NCBI GenBank assembly: GCA_964547015.1
Contig: CAZJKT010000010.1
Location: forward strand, 6,694-38,693
Source of the DNA: an uncultured archaeon
GTDB lineage: Archaea; Aenigmatarchaeota; Aenigmatarchaeia; QMZS01
Direction: 5' to 3'
Length of the DNA stretch: 32,000 nt
The position numbers and the translations under genes are program-made. Positions 1-9,675 of this stretch are shown piece after piece (the stretch's first letter is position 1; each line of letters starts with the position of its first letter). The notes under the pieces were generated by a model. The model was not told the DNA's origin. It did not search any database and saw only the letters and a program-made list of their open reading frames with translations.

Positions 1-3000
1 ACCGGGGACTATCCCGGAAGTGAGATAGTTGTAGGCAGCAATGACCAAAAGATATATATTCTTAACAGCACAGGCTCTCCGATAGGGGATTTTCTTGCAA
101 ATAATTTCATAAATGCTGTGGGTATTGGCGGCTTGGCAGAAAGCCCGGGTCTTGAAGCCGCTGCAGGCGGGGCAGATGGAACGGTATATATATTCAATTT
201 TGACTATTTTCCAACAAACCTTTCAATAGATGTCGGGAATAACGGAAATAGGGAATGGGTTTCGGGCCATGAAAAACTGAGAGGCTCTGAGGTTGCATCA
301 GGGGACAATATAACTGATGCAATAAACACCTATCTTGAGGCATGCTCTCCGGATGCATCAGGCAACTGCCAGATCCCTCTTGCATTTGAATCAAAGTTTA
401 AGGGAATGCTCAATATAGGCAGCCTATCGGTCTCGTACCTTTACAATGTTTCCGGGCTTTTCCAAAAAACACCTGCTTTTAGCTGGTCAAGGATAAGCAA
501 TATATCCGCGGGGGAGAGTGTAGGGTATTCTGTATACAATATTACTTTTTCCGGAATCCCTTCAGAAAATTTATCGGTATATTATCTGTTCGTCAACCAA
601 AGCGCTACGGCATGCGACTTTAACTTTGCAAAAAGAAGCGTTGCGGATATTGGGGGCTCAAAAGTGTGCGATATAACTTTAGAGCCTTTGTTTTTTGAGG
701 CGGGCGTTTCCATAAACTCAAGCGAGAGCTCTTTTTTGTTTTGGGATGACACAATGGAGTCGCAAGTCGCGATTCATTTGGATAACCTGACCGATTATTT
801 TACTGAATACGGCGAGCCTGACAGGTACACTCGGCAGGCAAATCTGTCCCTATATACGGATAACGGCTCTTTTTTGTGGGCAAGCGCTGATTGGGTGGTA
901 AATGACTCCCAAATTAAGGGTGAGGAATTTTTGAGGGTGTTTGACGGAGGAGAATGCGATATCACCCCGCCAGACGCTCAGGATGACTGCGATTCAGAAG
1001 CCCCGGAGTTTACCTACCAAAAAACCTGCAGCCAGTACAGCTTCTTTTCCTGCAAAAAGGAGACTGGGGACGGGATGTATTTCAGGTGGGCCCAGTCAAG
1101 CCTGTCTTCAGACGCGCCAACCTTATTTCAGGCAGGCGGATCATATAATTTAAGGCCGGAGCTATCCAATCTCTCGGCAATTCCAAATTCTTCCATTTGG
1201 GGGACCAATATCACTTTTTCGGCAGATTTATATGATGAAGAGTCTGATGGCGTCAATGCAACCCTGTGGATATACCATTCAGGAAATTGGCATAATGAAT
1301 CTCAAAAATCGGTTTTGGGCTCGATTTTGCAGTTTAATGTTACTTCAGCTAAGGAATGGGTAGGCGTTGCGCAGTATCTTTTTGAGTATTATGACTACAA
1401 CCTGACAGGCCTTTCCCAGATTTTCCACCTGCCACAAAACACCACAGCTAAAAACTTTACAATTGAAAAGCATAATTCAGAGGTAATCTATAGCCCTTTT
1501 TTGGGGACATTTGGAAATGCAACCTCAGTCTATCTCAATAACACAGCTTATCTTTCGGCATACATTAACGACACTGATTTGGGGGAGCCTGCAGTGGGGG
1601 CATCCTGCGCGCTATGGGTAGGGGAAATTTTGTCGGGAACAAACCTGACAAATTCAACAGGGCACTGCAATATTGTATTTTTACCAAACCAGTCCTATAG
1701 TGTCGGAGAAAAGAAATGGAAAATAGGCATTCTTGGGGATGGGGCATACAGCAACTCAAACTCAACAGAGCTTGACATTGAAATTCGCGGTGAATTGCAA
1801 ATATCCATTATAGGTGAGGAAGATATGGAATTTTATCGGGGAATGCCAAAAGAGTTTGGGGCGCAGCTTCAGGATGTTTACGGACGAACTCCAAACCTAA
1901 GCAATTACAACTGCTCTTTTAACCTTTCAGGCTCAGGAATTAATTCAAATATAGGCTCAAATATGACTTTGGAAGGAGCTTGCGCTATTTATTATGCGGC
2001 GGGATGCGGAGGGGTGTGCGCCTCGGTCGGTGAAAAGAACCTGTCAGTTCAGGCCTCCCGAATCGGGGCTGATGATTACTATGATATTTCAGGATTTTCG
2101 GCTCAGGATATGGTTCAGGCGGCCCTCAAAGATTCCCTTGTTGTGTCTGTCCATGAACCCGAAGACTTGCTTTATTACAAAGGCAGCCAAATCCCCCTCA
2201 ATGCAACTGCCGCCGACTCCTGCTCGGAAGTGGGCGATGTTATTACAGAATGGAGCCTTATTAACAAAAATTTTATCAATGTTACGGTAACAGACATTAG
2301 CGGGTCGGATAGGGAGGATTATCCGATAATTTTAGGCGCAAGCTTATTTTCCTCGGAGCAGTTTGATATCGGCTCATGGATTATAAACAACACGAAAATT
2401 ACCCTCCGGGGAGAGGAAATCCCATTTGAGATATACCCGTGGTCTGATGAGGGAGAATCTTTGCTAAACAATTCGCAGGAGAATATGTCTGAATATTCAA
2501 AAATAGTTTTTTTGGCGGATCTGCCCGCATCATCAAGCAAAACTTTTGAGATTGATTTGAGATATTACAATCCGGAATTCTACACCTACAATGTCCCTTA
2601 CAGCCTGAGGAATGCAGGATTTGGCTCAGGGAATTTTTCCTATTGGACGGAGTCTGCCTGCTCGAGTTCGGGATGCGGAGTTGAGGTTTCCGGTTCAGGG
2701 GGAATGCGCTTTGCAAACCTTTCTGCAGGAAACGGGCTGACTTCAATATTTCAGGGAATTCCAAACCACGCCGCCCATACAGGAGAGATTCAGATAAAAT
2801 ATAAGGCATGGGGGGAATTTGGGCATTCGCTCTACCCGGGAGAGCTGTATATCCAATCCGGGGATTATGTCTGCAACCTTACGCCAAGCATTCTGGAAAA
2901 TGCTGACGGCGAGGGATATGTTTCTCAGCCATCAAACTGGACTGTTGCGAACTGCGCAGATATTTCGCTCCGATCCGCCCAGAATATTTCAATTATCCTA

Positions 3001-6000
3001 AAAGACATGGGGGACGGCGGGGCTGACCCTTCAAACACAAATGCATTGATAGATTATATTTGCTTTGCGGATGCTTTTGGGGAATGCGTCAGTTTCCACT
3101 CGGGCCTGCCCGATTCCGTTGAAGTATCCTTAAAAAAGAGCCTTGGGAGCGCTGAGGAATACTTAATCGGAGGTTTTGAGGAGGTTGGCAGAAGGAAAGC
3201 TGTTGCTATTGCATCCAAGGATTATTACACTTCCGGATACAATTCTGCATATTTCAATATATCCGGCTTTGCAAAAATTGGAAATTTTACTGTAGATTCG
3301 GAATACTGCTCAAGATGGGGGGATGAGCCTTTTAGGCATATTTGCATGAGCGATGCGCACATTTCCCTTGAGGCTGAAGTTTTGGACAACTTCACGCTAT
3401 CCGGAATATATAATTACAGCGTGGGCTTTTATAATGAGTCCGGATTAATGGGCTCAAACTATACCGGTGTTGGGGGCATAGCCGAATATTTTACTTCAGT
3501 CGGAAATGAAGAAAATTATACCTATACTGCCAATATATCTTCAATGCCGGGATTGTTTTATGAGGCAGTTGAGCCAAAAGGACTGTCGCTTGATATAATA
3601 ATTGATAATGGAACAACTGCAGGGAGTATTGAGCTGAACAATACTTATGAAACCGCTTCCGGAGTTGCCCTAGATAATAACCATACTTTTATGGTTTACC
3701 TGAACCTGACAAATACAGGAAGCAGCGGAATGTATGCAATAAATATTTCGTCAACAGAGTCTGAGGGAATAATTATACCAAAGTCTTATTGCAGTCCCCT
3801 GCCTTCAGGAAACTCCTGCGGAAGTGAAATAAATATTACCGTTACCGTGGATGCGGATGCAACCCAACAGGTGATTGTTTTCAATGCTTCATGGAGAAAC
3901 GGGGATGGGAGCAACAGCTCTACTCATTCAAACCTGACAATCAGCATTCCTGAAAATAAAAGGGCGGTATTTTATGAAGAGAGCCTTTACCTGTCAGCCC
4001 CGATAACAGCCATTCGCTCAGCCAATTTTACCGTTGTAAATTACGGCAATGTCAACCTGACAGGTGTATATTATAATATATCCGGGACCGATGCCGGGGA
4101 GGTTGCCGATTGGAGCGCTTTTATGGAAAATGCCTCGAATATTGCAAAGAAAGGCGAGAGGGAGAATTATATTCGGTTTGAAGTTCCCGGAAATGACACA
4201 CTAATAGGTGTTTATTTTTTCAATATTACTGCGACGATTCCGGACTGTTCCGTGGATTGCTCGGTGACACTGCCTTTCACCTTAAATGTCACCTCGCTTG
4301 ACTGGTATATTACCCCGGACACAAATCTCTCTCGGGTTGTCGGCCTAAAAGAAGAGCTAAAAAAGCTTGGGGAGTTTAATTTGGTAAATGTAGCCCCCGG
4401 AACTTATAATTATAATGTCACTGTATCGCCTCAGGCGGGTACCTCGGCTGAATTTTTGGTTCTTAACAGGGCATCCGGACAAAAAAATATTTCGTTCTCA
4501 CTGCAAAACCAGGCTTCAATGACAATAAGCGTATATTATAATACCAGCGTTTCTCCGGAAAGCCTTGGCTCATATATCGGGAAGCACAATTACACAATAA
4601 GGGCGCGCAACCTCAATGAGAGCGCGGTTCCGCAATATGTTGACCTTCCGGTTTATTTTGAGATAATCAATTTTACTGTAGATATAATTTCGCCTGCAGA
4701 GGCTGAACCCATAGGGGGGGTTTATGAAAATGATACCTTAGAGATTATTGTTGAGGCGATTTCTGGAAACTCGCCGGTTTCTGAAGGTATGGCTTGGTCG
4801 GCTGAAGTGGGGGGAGTTGTTTGCTTAAATGAAGGGCAGGCCCAATATAATGCTACGAGCGAAAAATGGCTTATTGAATGTTTTGCCCCGGAAATTCCAT
4901 CAAACAGGATAAATAACAGCCTTACGGTTACAGGGATTTATTCCCGTGAAGGAGGAGAGGTTGAGCTCTCCGATATTGAAGAAAATGCGGTGATATATGA
5001 AGATGTGTTGCCGCCTTGGTTTAGCAGAATTGCCTCAAGCCATATCAATTACTTTTCAGATGCCCCGACGCAATCCTTTAGGGTGAATGTTACCGACAAC
5101 CTTAATATTTCCTCGGTCTGGGCAGAAATCTCGGCTCCAAGCGGCCCGAATATTTCTTTGGGTGAGGGAAACTTCACAAAAAGCCCGATAAGCGACCCGG
5201 ATTTCGAAAGCTATGAGTATATCTTTTCTTTTGCAAACCCTAATGAGGTTGGGGACTATGATATTTTTGTCTATGCAAATGATACCGGAGGCAGGGTTGG
5301 AATTGCCGGGGGGTGGTTTGAGGTATATCGCCCGATTACTGCCGCAGGAAACCTGTCAAACCCTAAAGGGGAGGGGATAAATGCGACTTTCAGGTTTTAT
5401 AGGGCAGGCCACAACAGGACTGACTTGTATTTTATGGGAAGCTACTCTGTTTTTGGCGGAGATTATAGCTGGGCGCTCCACAAAAGGAAATATGATGTGG
5501 TCGCGGAAATATTCGGCCACGAGATTGCGCTTTTGGATGCGGATTTCAATATAGAGCCAAATACCACAGATTCTCCGTTTAAGTTTGATAATTTCCCACA
5601 TAAAAACTCAGAGGATATGTCAAATATCCTTTTGCCTGATACTGCTAACCGGCAGAGCATTTTGCTTGCGGTTGTTGTTGAGTCCGCCCTAAACCTTTCG
5701 GGAGCTGAATTTAGCATAAATTATACAGAGGCTTTGGGGCAGGGGAGCTTTTCTGAAAACCTCCTTAAGGCGTTTTACTGCCAAAACTGGAATTACACAA
5801 CACGGTCTTGCTCTGAGGGGGAATTTAGCTATCTTGAAGGGGGATATGCGCCTGAAATTATCTCAAATATTTTTAATTTTTCCACAAATCACCTGTCAGC
5901 CTATGCTGTTGCGGAAAGCTCTTACCCTGATAAGTGGGGGGTTTCGCCTCCTGCCCCGGACCCCGGGACTTCCCCTGCGCCGGGAGGCTCTGCCCCAAGG

Positions 6001-7923
6001 GACACTTCTTCAGGCATTAGCGAGCCGAGGCCTTTTTGCGGCAACGGAATATGCGAAATAGGGGAGAATGCGGATAATTGCCCTCAGGACTGCTCAAGGG
6101 ACTTTCCGCTGGAAGTTGACACAAACCTTGAGGATGCGCGGATTTTCCTTGGGGAATCAAAAGAATACTGGATATCATTAGGCAACCTCCATGAGAGAGA
6201 TATAAATGCCACGATTTCATTGAGCGACAATATGGCGGGATTTATTTCAATGCAAGAAAGCCGGGTTCAGGTTCCAAAGGGAGGGCGCTTTAGGCTCAAC
6301 CTTTCGGTAACAGCCCCTCTAGATCAGGCGGTGGGGACATATGGAGGCTATGTAATTTTGGAGGCGGAAGGGAAGAAAAAATCCCTTCCAATAACACTAA
6401 GGCTTCTTGAAAGCGCAAAATTGATTTTAAAGATGGATGTTGAAATTCCCTCCCAGAAGATAAATGCCGGAAAGAACTTGAGTTTTGTGGTGAAGCTTGT
6501 GAATTTGGGTGACCGGGGGAATTTTGAGCTGAATATTGATTATCTTGTTATACGCCAGTCCGACAACAAGATTGTGAAGCAGTTCAACACTTCAGCTGAG
6601 CTTGAGTCGGCCGCTGTATTGCGGGAAACTCTTGAGCTTGGCCAATTAGAGACGGGATATTATAACCTTGAAGTATGGGCTAATTATAATGATAAGAGTA
6701 TTATGGATGTGGCAAGTTTTGAGATAGTCAAGCCATTATTCGAGTCCCCGCTTACGGTGGCTCTGCTTCTTTTGGCCCTTGCAATGGCGGTCCTTGTAGG
6801 GGGAACTTATATTTGGAACTATTACCGCGCATGGAAAAAGGAAAAGGAAAAGCAGGAGAGGTACTTATATCCTTTGGATTATAATGCAGTGCCAAAATCA
6901 GGGTTTAGGATTGGCAAATTTGCCGGTAGGGACAATGTGTTTTATTATGACCCGAGGGACCTCTCAACACATATTATTGCCGCAGGGGCGACAGGTTCAG
7001 GCAAATCGGTAACTGCCTCGGTTTTTGCCGAAGAGGCCCTTGACCGAAAGCTGCCGGTGATTGTATTTGACCCTACAGCCCAGTGGACAGGGTTTGTAAA
7101 GCCGCTCAAAGACAAAAACCTTCTGGCGCGATACAGGGCCTTTGGCATGAATGATTATGATATTAAGTCCTATCCGGGCCTAATCTATGACATAGACGAC
7201 CCTAACTTTAAGCTTGATGTTAAGAAGTTTATAAATCCGGGAGAGATTACCGTTTTCTGCCTTAACCGCCTAAAGCCGGGAGAATATGATATTGCAGTGA
7301 AAAACATAATCTCCACACTATTTTCGGAGAACTGGGAGGAGAGTACGGAACTCAAGGCAATATTTGTCTTTGACGAGGTGCACAGGCTCCTTGAGAAGTA
7401 TGGGGGTAGCGGAGGGTATACTGCGCTTGAGAAGGCCGCAAGGGAGTTTAGAAAGTGGGGGCTAGGTGTAATAATGTGCTCTCAGGTTCTTGCGGATTTC
7501 AAGGAAGCGATTGCAGGAAATGTATTGACTGAAGTCCAGCTCAACACAAAGTCTCTTGCGGATATTTCAAAAGTAAAGACAAAGTACGGGGAGAGGTATG
7601 CGGAAAGGATTACAAGAATGGGTGTGGGCGCGGGACTGTTCCAGCACCCGAAGTACAATTCAGGAAAGCCGTTTTTTGTAGAATTTAGGCCCACAAAGCA
7701 CGACCCGCATAAAATCACCGACCAGGAGCTCACGCTTTACAAGGAATATACTGAGAGGCTTGATAAGATTGGGGAAAAGATTGCCCAAATAAAATCCGGA
7801 GGGGGTTATGTTGAGAATTACGAGATTGACTATAAGCTTGCCTTAAATAAGCTTAAGAGAGGCAACTTCAGAATGTCTGAGATTTATATTTCCTCCCTTG
7901 AAAAGGCATTGGAGAGAGCATGA
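1..7923 (+). CDS. Giant cell-surface protein (5'-partial; continues upstream of the window) with one TM helix and a C-terminal cytoplasmic HerA/FtsK-superfamily (DUF87-type) P-loop ATPase domain
   Basis: Frame 1 has no stop from nt 1 up to the listed GTG at 118. The extra residues TGDYPGSEIVVGSNDQKIYILNSTGSPIGDF look like an FG-GAP/VCBS propeller blade, so the true start lies upstream. The ORF is uninterrupted to TGA at 7921-7923. N-x-S/T sequons are very dense. CARDB-like strands are present (MVYLNLTNTGSSGMYAINIS, FVVKLVNLGDRGNFELNIDY). A Pro-rich linker is followed by CGNGICEIGENADNCPQDC, then a TM helix at 6748-6816 and ATPase motifs. Confidence 0.9.
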   Translation, partial: TGDYPGSEIVVGSNDQKIYILNSTGSPIGDFLANNFINAVGIGGLAESPGLEAAAGGADGTVYIFNFDYFPTNLSIDVGNNGNREWVSGHEKLRGSEVASGDNITDAINTYLEACSPDASGNCQIPLAFESKFKGMLNIGSLSVSYLYNVSGLFQKTPAFSWSRISNISAGESVGYSVYNITFSGIPSENLSVYYLFVNQSATACDFNFAKRSVADIGGSKVCDITLEPLFFEAGVSINSSESSFLFWDDTMESQVAIHLDNLTDYFTEYGEPDRYTRQANLSLYTDNGSFLWASADWVVNDSQIKGEEFLRVFDGGECDITPPDAQDDCDSEAPEFTYQKTCSQYSFFSCKKETGDGMYFRWAQSSLSSDAPTLFQAGGSYNLRPELSNLSAIPNSSIWGTNITFSADLYDEESDGVNATLWIYHSGNWHNESQKSVLGSILQFNVTSAKEWVGVAQYLFEYYDYNLTGLSQIFHLPQNTTAKNFTIEKHNSEVIYSPFLGTFGNATSVYLNNTAYLSAYINDTDLGEPAVGASCALWVGEILSGTNLTNSTGHCNIVFLPNQSYSVGEKKWKIGILGDGAYSNSNSTELDIEIRGELQISIIGEEDMEFYRGMPKEFGAQLQDVYGRTPNLSNYNCSFNLSGSGINSNIGSNMTLEGACAIYYAAGCGGVCASVGEKNLSVQASRIGADDYYDISGFSAQDMVQAALKDSLVVSVHEPEDLLYYKGSQIPLNATAADSCSEVGDVITEWSLINKNFINVTVTDISGSDREDYPIILGASLFSSEQFDIGSWIINNTKITLRGEEIPFEIYPWSDEGESLLNNSQENMSEYSKIVFLADLPASSSKTFEIDLRYYNPEFYTYNVPYSLRNAGFGSGNFSYWTESACSSSGCGVEVSGSGGMRFANLSAGNGLTSIFQGIPNHAAHTGEIQIKYKAWGEFGHSLYPGELYIQSGDYVCNLTPSILENADGEGYVSQPSNWTVANCADISLRSAQNISIILKDMGDGGADPSNTNALIDYICFADAFGECVSFHSGLPDSVEVSLKKSLGSAEEYLIGGFEEVGRRKAVAIASKDYYTSGYNSAYFNISGFAKIGNFTVDSEYCSRWGDEPFRHICMSDAHISLEAEVLDNFTLSGIYNYSVGFYNESGLMGSNYTGVGGIAEYFTSVGNEENYTYTANISSMPGLFYEAVEPKGLSLDIIIDNGTTAGSIELNNTYETASGVALDNNHTFMVYLNLTNTGSSGMYAINISSTESEGIIIPKSYCSPLPSGNSCGSEINITVTVDADATQQVIVFNASWRNGDGSNSSTHSNLTISIPENKRAVFYEESLYLSAPITAIRSANFTVVNYGNVNLTGVYYNISGTDAGEVADWSAFMENASNIAKKGERENYIRFEVPGNDTLIGVYFFNITATIPDCSVDCSVTLPFTLNVTSLDWYITPDTNLSRVVGLKEELKKLGEFNLVNVAPGTYNYNVTVSPQAGTSAEFLVLNRASGQKNISFSLQNQASMTISVYYNTSVSPESLGSYIGKHNYTIRARNLNESAVPQYVDLPVYFEIINFTVDIISPAEAEPIGGVYENDTLEIIVEAISGNSPVSEGMAWSAEVGGVVCLNEGQAQYNATSEKWLIECFAPEIPSNRINNSLTVTGIYSREGGEVELSDIEENAVIYEDVLPPWFSRIASSHINYFSDAPTQSFRVNVTDNLNISSVWAEISAPSGPNISLGEGNFTKSPISDPDFESYEYIFSFANPNEVGDYDIFVYANDTGGRVGIAGGWFEVYRPITAAGNLSNPKGEGINATFRFYRAGHNRTDLYFMGSYSVFGGDYSWALHKRKYDVVAEIFGHEIALLDADFNIEPNTTDSPFKFDNFPHKNSEDMSNILLPDTANRQSILLAVVVESALNLSGAEFSINYTEALGQGSFSENLLKAFYCQNWNYTTRSCSEGEFSYLEGGYAPEIISNIFNFSTNHLSAYAVAESSYPDKWGVSPPAPDPGTSPAPGGSAPRDTSSGISEPRPFCGNGICEIGENADNCPQDCSRDFPLEVDTNLEDARIFLGESKEYWISLGNLHERDINATISLSDNMAGFISMQESRVQVPKGGRFRLNLSVTAPLDQAVGTYGGYVILEAEGKKKSLPITLRLLESAKLILKMDVEIPSQKINAGKNLSFVVKLVNLGDRGNFELNIDYLVIRQSDNKIVKQFNTSAELESAAVLRETLELGQLETGYYNLEVWANYNDKSIMDVASFEIVKPLFESPLTVALLLLALAMAVLVGGTYIWNYYRAWKKEKEKQERYLYPLDYNAVPKSGFRIGKFAGRDNVFYYDPRDLSTHIIAAGATGSGKSVTASVFAEEALDRKLPVIVFDPTAQWTGFVKPLKDKNLLARYRAFGMNDYDIKSYPGLIYDIDDPNFKLDVKKFINPGEITVFCLNRLKPGEYDIAVKNIISTLFSENWEESTELKAIFVFDEVHRLLEKYGGSGGYTALEKAAREFRKWGLGVIMCSQVLADFKEAIAGNVLTEVQLNTKSLADISKVKTKYGERYAERITRMGVGAGLFQHPKYNSGKPFFVEFRPTKHDPHKITDQELTLYKEYTERLDKIGEKIAQIKSGGGYVENYEIDYKLALNKLKRGNFRMSEIYISSLEKALERA
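6748..6816 (+). other. Single predicted transmembrane helix of the giant protein (PLTVALLLLALAMAVLVGGTYIW)
   Basis: A 23-residue hydrophobic stretch is followed by the basic RAWKKEKEKQER. By the positive-inside rule the downstream ATPase domain sits in the cytoplasm. Confidence 0.75.
6940..7710 (+). other. HerA/FtsK-like ATPase domain inside the giant ORF
   Basis: Walker A is GATGSGKS (6985-7008) and is followed by PVIVFDPTAQW. Walker B is AIFVFDEVH (about 7357-7383). AREFRKWGLGVIMCSQVLADF resembles the GRKyG...sQrP motif of HerA/DUF87 ATPases. Motif order and spacing match that family. Confidence 0.7.
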
Positions 7924-8007
7924 ACAAAAAATCAGTTTTGGAAAAGACGGGATATATGGTAAATAAGGGTGAGTATATTATGGCAGAGGGACTGCGCTTT
8001 TTTAATT

Positions 8008-9546
8008 ATGGGCTCTGAAGAAATAGAAGGGGGCTCGGAGAATGTTATCTCGCCGGAGGAATTCAGCGATATTGAAAAAGATGAGAGGGATATGGAGAAA
8101 AAAAGAGCGGGGCCTTTTAGGTTTCTGCAGAAAAAAGGCCGCGAGGGTTCGGCTTATGAATCCCCTGTTGCCGGAGCTCAAGGCGAAGGAAGTTCCCTTA
8201 CTGATTTGAGCCTTCGGCTCGAAAGGTTTGGGGGGAGGGTTGAGATTCTTGAAGAGGGGAGAAAAGAGACTGAAGCAAGGCTTTCAGATATTTCAGAAAA
8301 GATAGGGGAACTTCGCTCATCCCTCATTGAGAGAGATAGAACTTTTAGCGATATTTCTGTAAAGTTTGAGCGTCTGCAGGATATTGCTCAGGACCTTGAG
8401 CCCCAAAAGCTCACACGAGAGCTTGCAAAAAGGCAGCAGGAACTTGAGCAATCTAAGGCCCAGACAGAATCCAATACAGAAAAGATTGACTCAATCTTAA
8501 GAAAAATGAAGGATATGGGGGAGGATTTGGAGAAAATAAGGGGTTTTAAGGATTTGGTTTCTGTGGCTGAAGAGCTTGATAAAAAGGTAAAAATGGTTGA
8601 CTCGTTAAAGAGGGATACTGAAAGGGTTGCGGGGAAGTTTGAGACCCGGCTTTATGAGATGAATGAGGCATTAAGCAGGACAAGATCAAACCTGGAGAAG
8701 GTGAATTCCAATGAGGATGCGCTAAGGGAACTTATGCGCGCTCAGGATGAGCTTTCGCTTAAGGTTGAGAATCTTGCCAAAAGGGATGAGCTGGGCTCAA
8801 GCGAGAAGAAGTTTGAAAAATCCTTTGAGGAGCTGAGGTTTGATATGGAGTCGCATATATCTGAATTGGCAAACGCGCTCAAAAATAAGGAAGCCAAACA
8901 AGCCTCCGTGGCAGATAAAGAATCCCTAAAAAAGATGGAGGGTTTAGCAAACAGCCTTTTGGAAGAAAACAAAAAGCTGGCTTCTCGCCTGGAAAATATT
9001 GAAAAAAAGGCGGGCAATATAGATAAGCTGGAGTCGGAAATTTCCCGAATTTCAAAGTTGGGCGGGGAAAAGCATGGCGGGGCAAAGCTTTCCGAACAGA
9101 TAGAGGCAATTCAGCAAAAAGACAGGGAGGAGGCAAATAGGCGCATCTCAGAGCTTGAGCTTAGAATACTGGAGCTCTCAAAGAGCGTTGACCATAGAAT
9201 TGAAAGAAGGGTTACCCAAGAGTCAAGAAATGCCCGGGAAGCAATAAGCGCGCCTGCGGTTGAGGAGGCAAGAATAGCGGAGTGGCCTCAGCCAAGGAGG
9301 CCCGCGGTTGCCGATTCCCGCCTCAAGGCACAAAGCCCCGCAAGCTCCGTAAGCCCCGGTTTTTCGAGAGAGGGGATAAATGCTATGATACAGGATATAT
9401 ACCGAAACCTTGATGAGGGAAATATTACTGCGGCAAGAGGGCAGTTTATCCGGCTTCTTTCAGCATATGAGCGAACTGAAGACAGCAATCCCTTTGTCCT
9501 TGCAAAAATAACGGATTTGCACGGCAAGCTCAAGGAATTTGGATAG
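8008..9546 (+). CDS. Long coiled-coil protein, function unknown
   Basis: The ORF is 7969-9546. The first in-frame ATG is at 8008 (MGSEEIEGG); GTG at 7969 is an alternative start. The sequence is E/K/L/R-rich with heptad character throughout and has no TM segment or enzymatic motif. Confidence 0.75.
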   Translation: MGSEEIEGGSENVISPEEFSDIEKDERDMEKKRAGPFRFLQKKGREGSAYESPVAGAQGEGSSLTDLSLRLERFGGRVEILEEGRKETEARLSDISEKIGELRSSLIERDRTFSDISVKFERLQDIAQDLEPQKLTRELAKRQQELEQSKAQTESNTEKIDSILRKMKDMGEDLEKIRGFKDLVSVAEELDKKVKMVDSLKRDTERVAGKFETRLYEMNEALSRTRSNLEKVNSNEDALRELMRAQDELSLKVENLAKRDELGSSEKKFEKSFEELRFDMESHISELANALKNKEAKQASVADKESLKKMEGLANSLLEENKKLASRLENIEKKAGNIDKLESEISRISKLGGEKHGGAKLSEQIEAIQQKDREEANRRISELELRILELSKSVDHRIERRVTQESRNAREAISAPAVEEARIAEWPQPRRPAVADSRLKAQSPASSVSPGFSREGINAMIQDIYRNLDEGNITAARGQFIRLLSAYERTEDSNPFVLAKITDLHGKLKEFG

Positions 9547-9675
9547 TTATGTTTTGTAAAAATATGGGTAACCGAATTTAGGAGGAAAAACCTTGGAACT
9601 GTGCAGTTAAGTAAAATTTGGGATTTTGCGGCAATATTTTAGTAAAATTATGAAATATTTTAGATGTGGGGAAAC

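Noticed and set aside
118-120. GTG at 118 as the start codon of the giant ORF (as listed in the ORF track)
   Set aside because: The same frame is open from nt 1, and the 39 upstream codons encode a sensible FG-GAP/VCBS-like blade. The gene almost certainly begins upstream of the window.
2399-2809. Antisense or alternative-frame ORFs inside long CDSs (for example 2399-2809, 13722-14129, 16346-16843, 17027-17452, 21690-22043, 22565-22987, 23747-24139, 24928-25239)
   Set aside because: All are fully nested in much longer ORFs with recognisable motifs on the other strand or frame. Their composition is typical of shadow frames.
6940-7710. HerA domain as part of a HerA-NurA repair module or a HerA-based defence system
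   Set aside because: No NurA, Mre11, Rad50, SIR2 or nuclease partner is adjacent. The domain is tethered to the membrane behind a giant ectodomain, which argues for a translocation or surface role instead.
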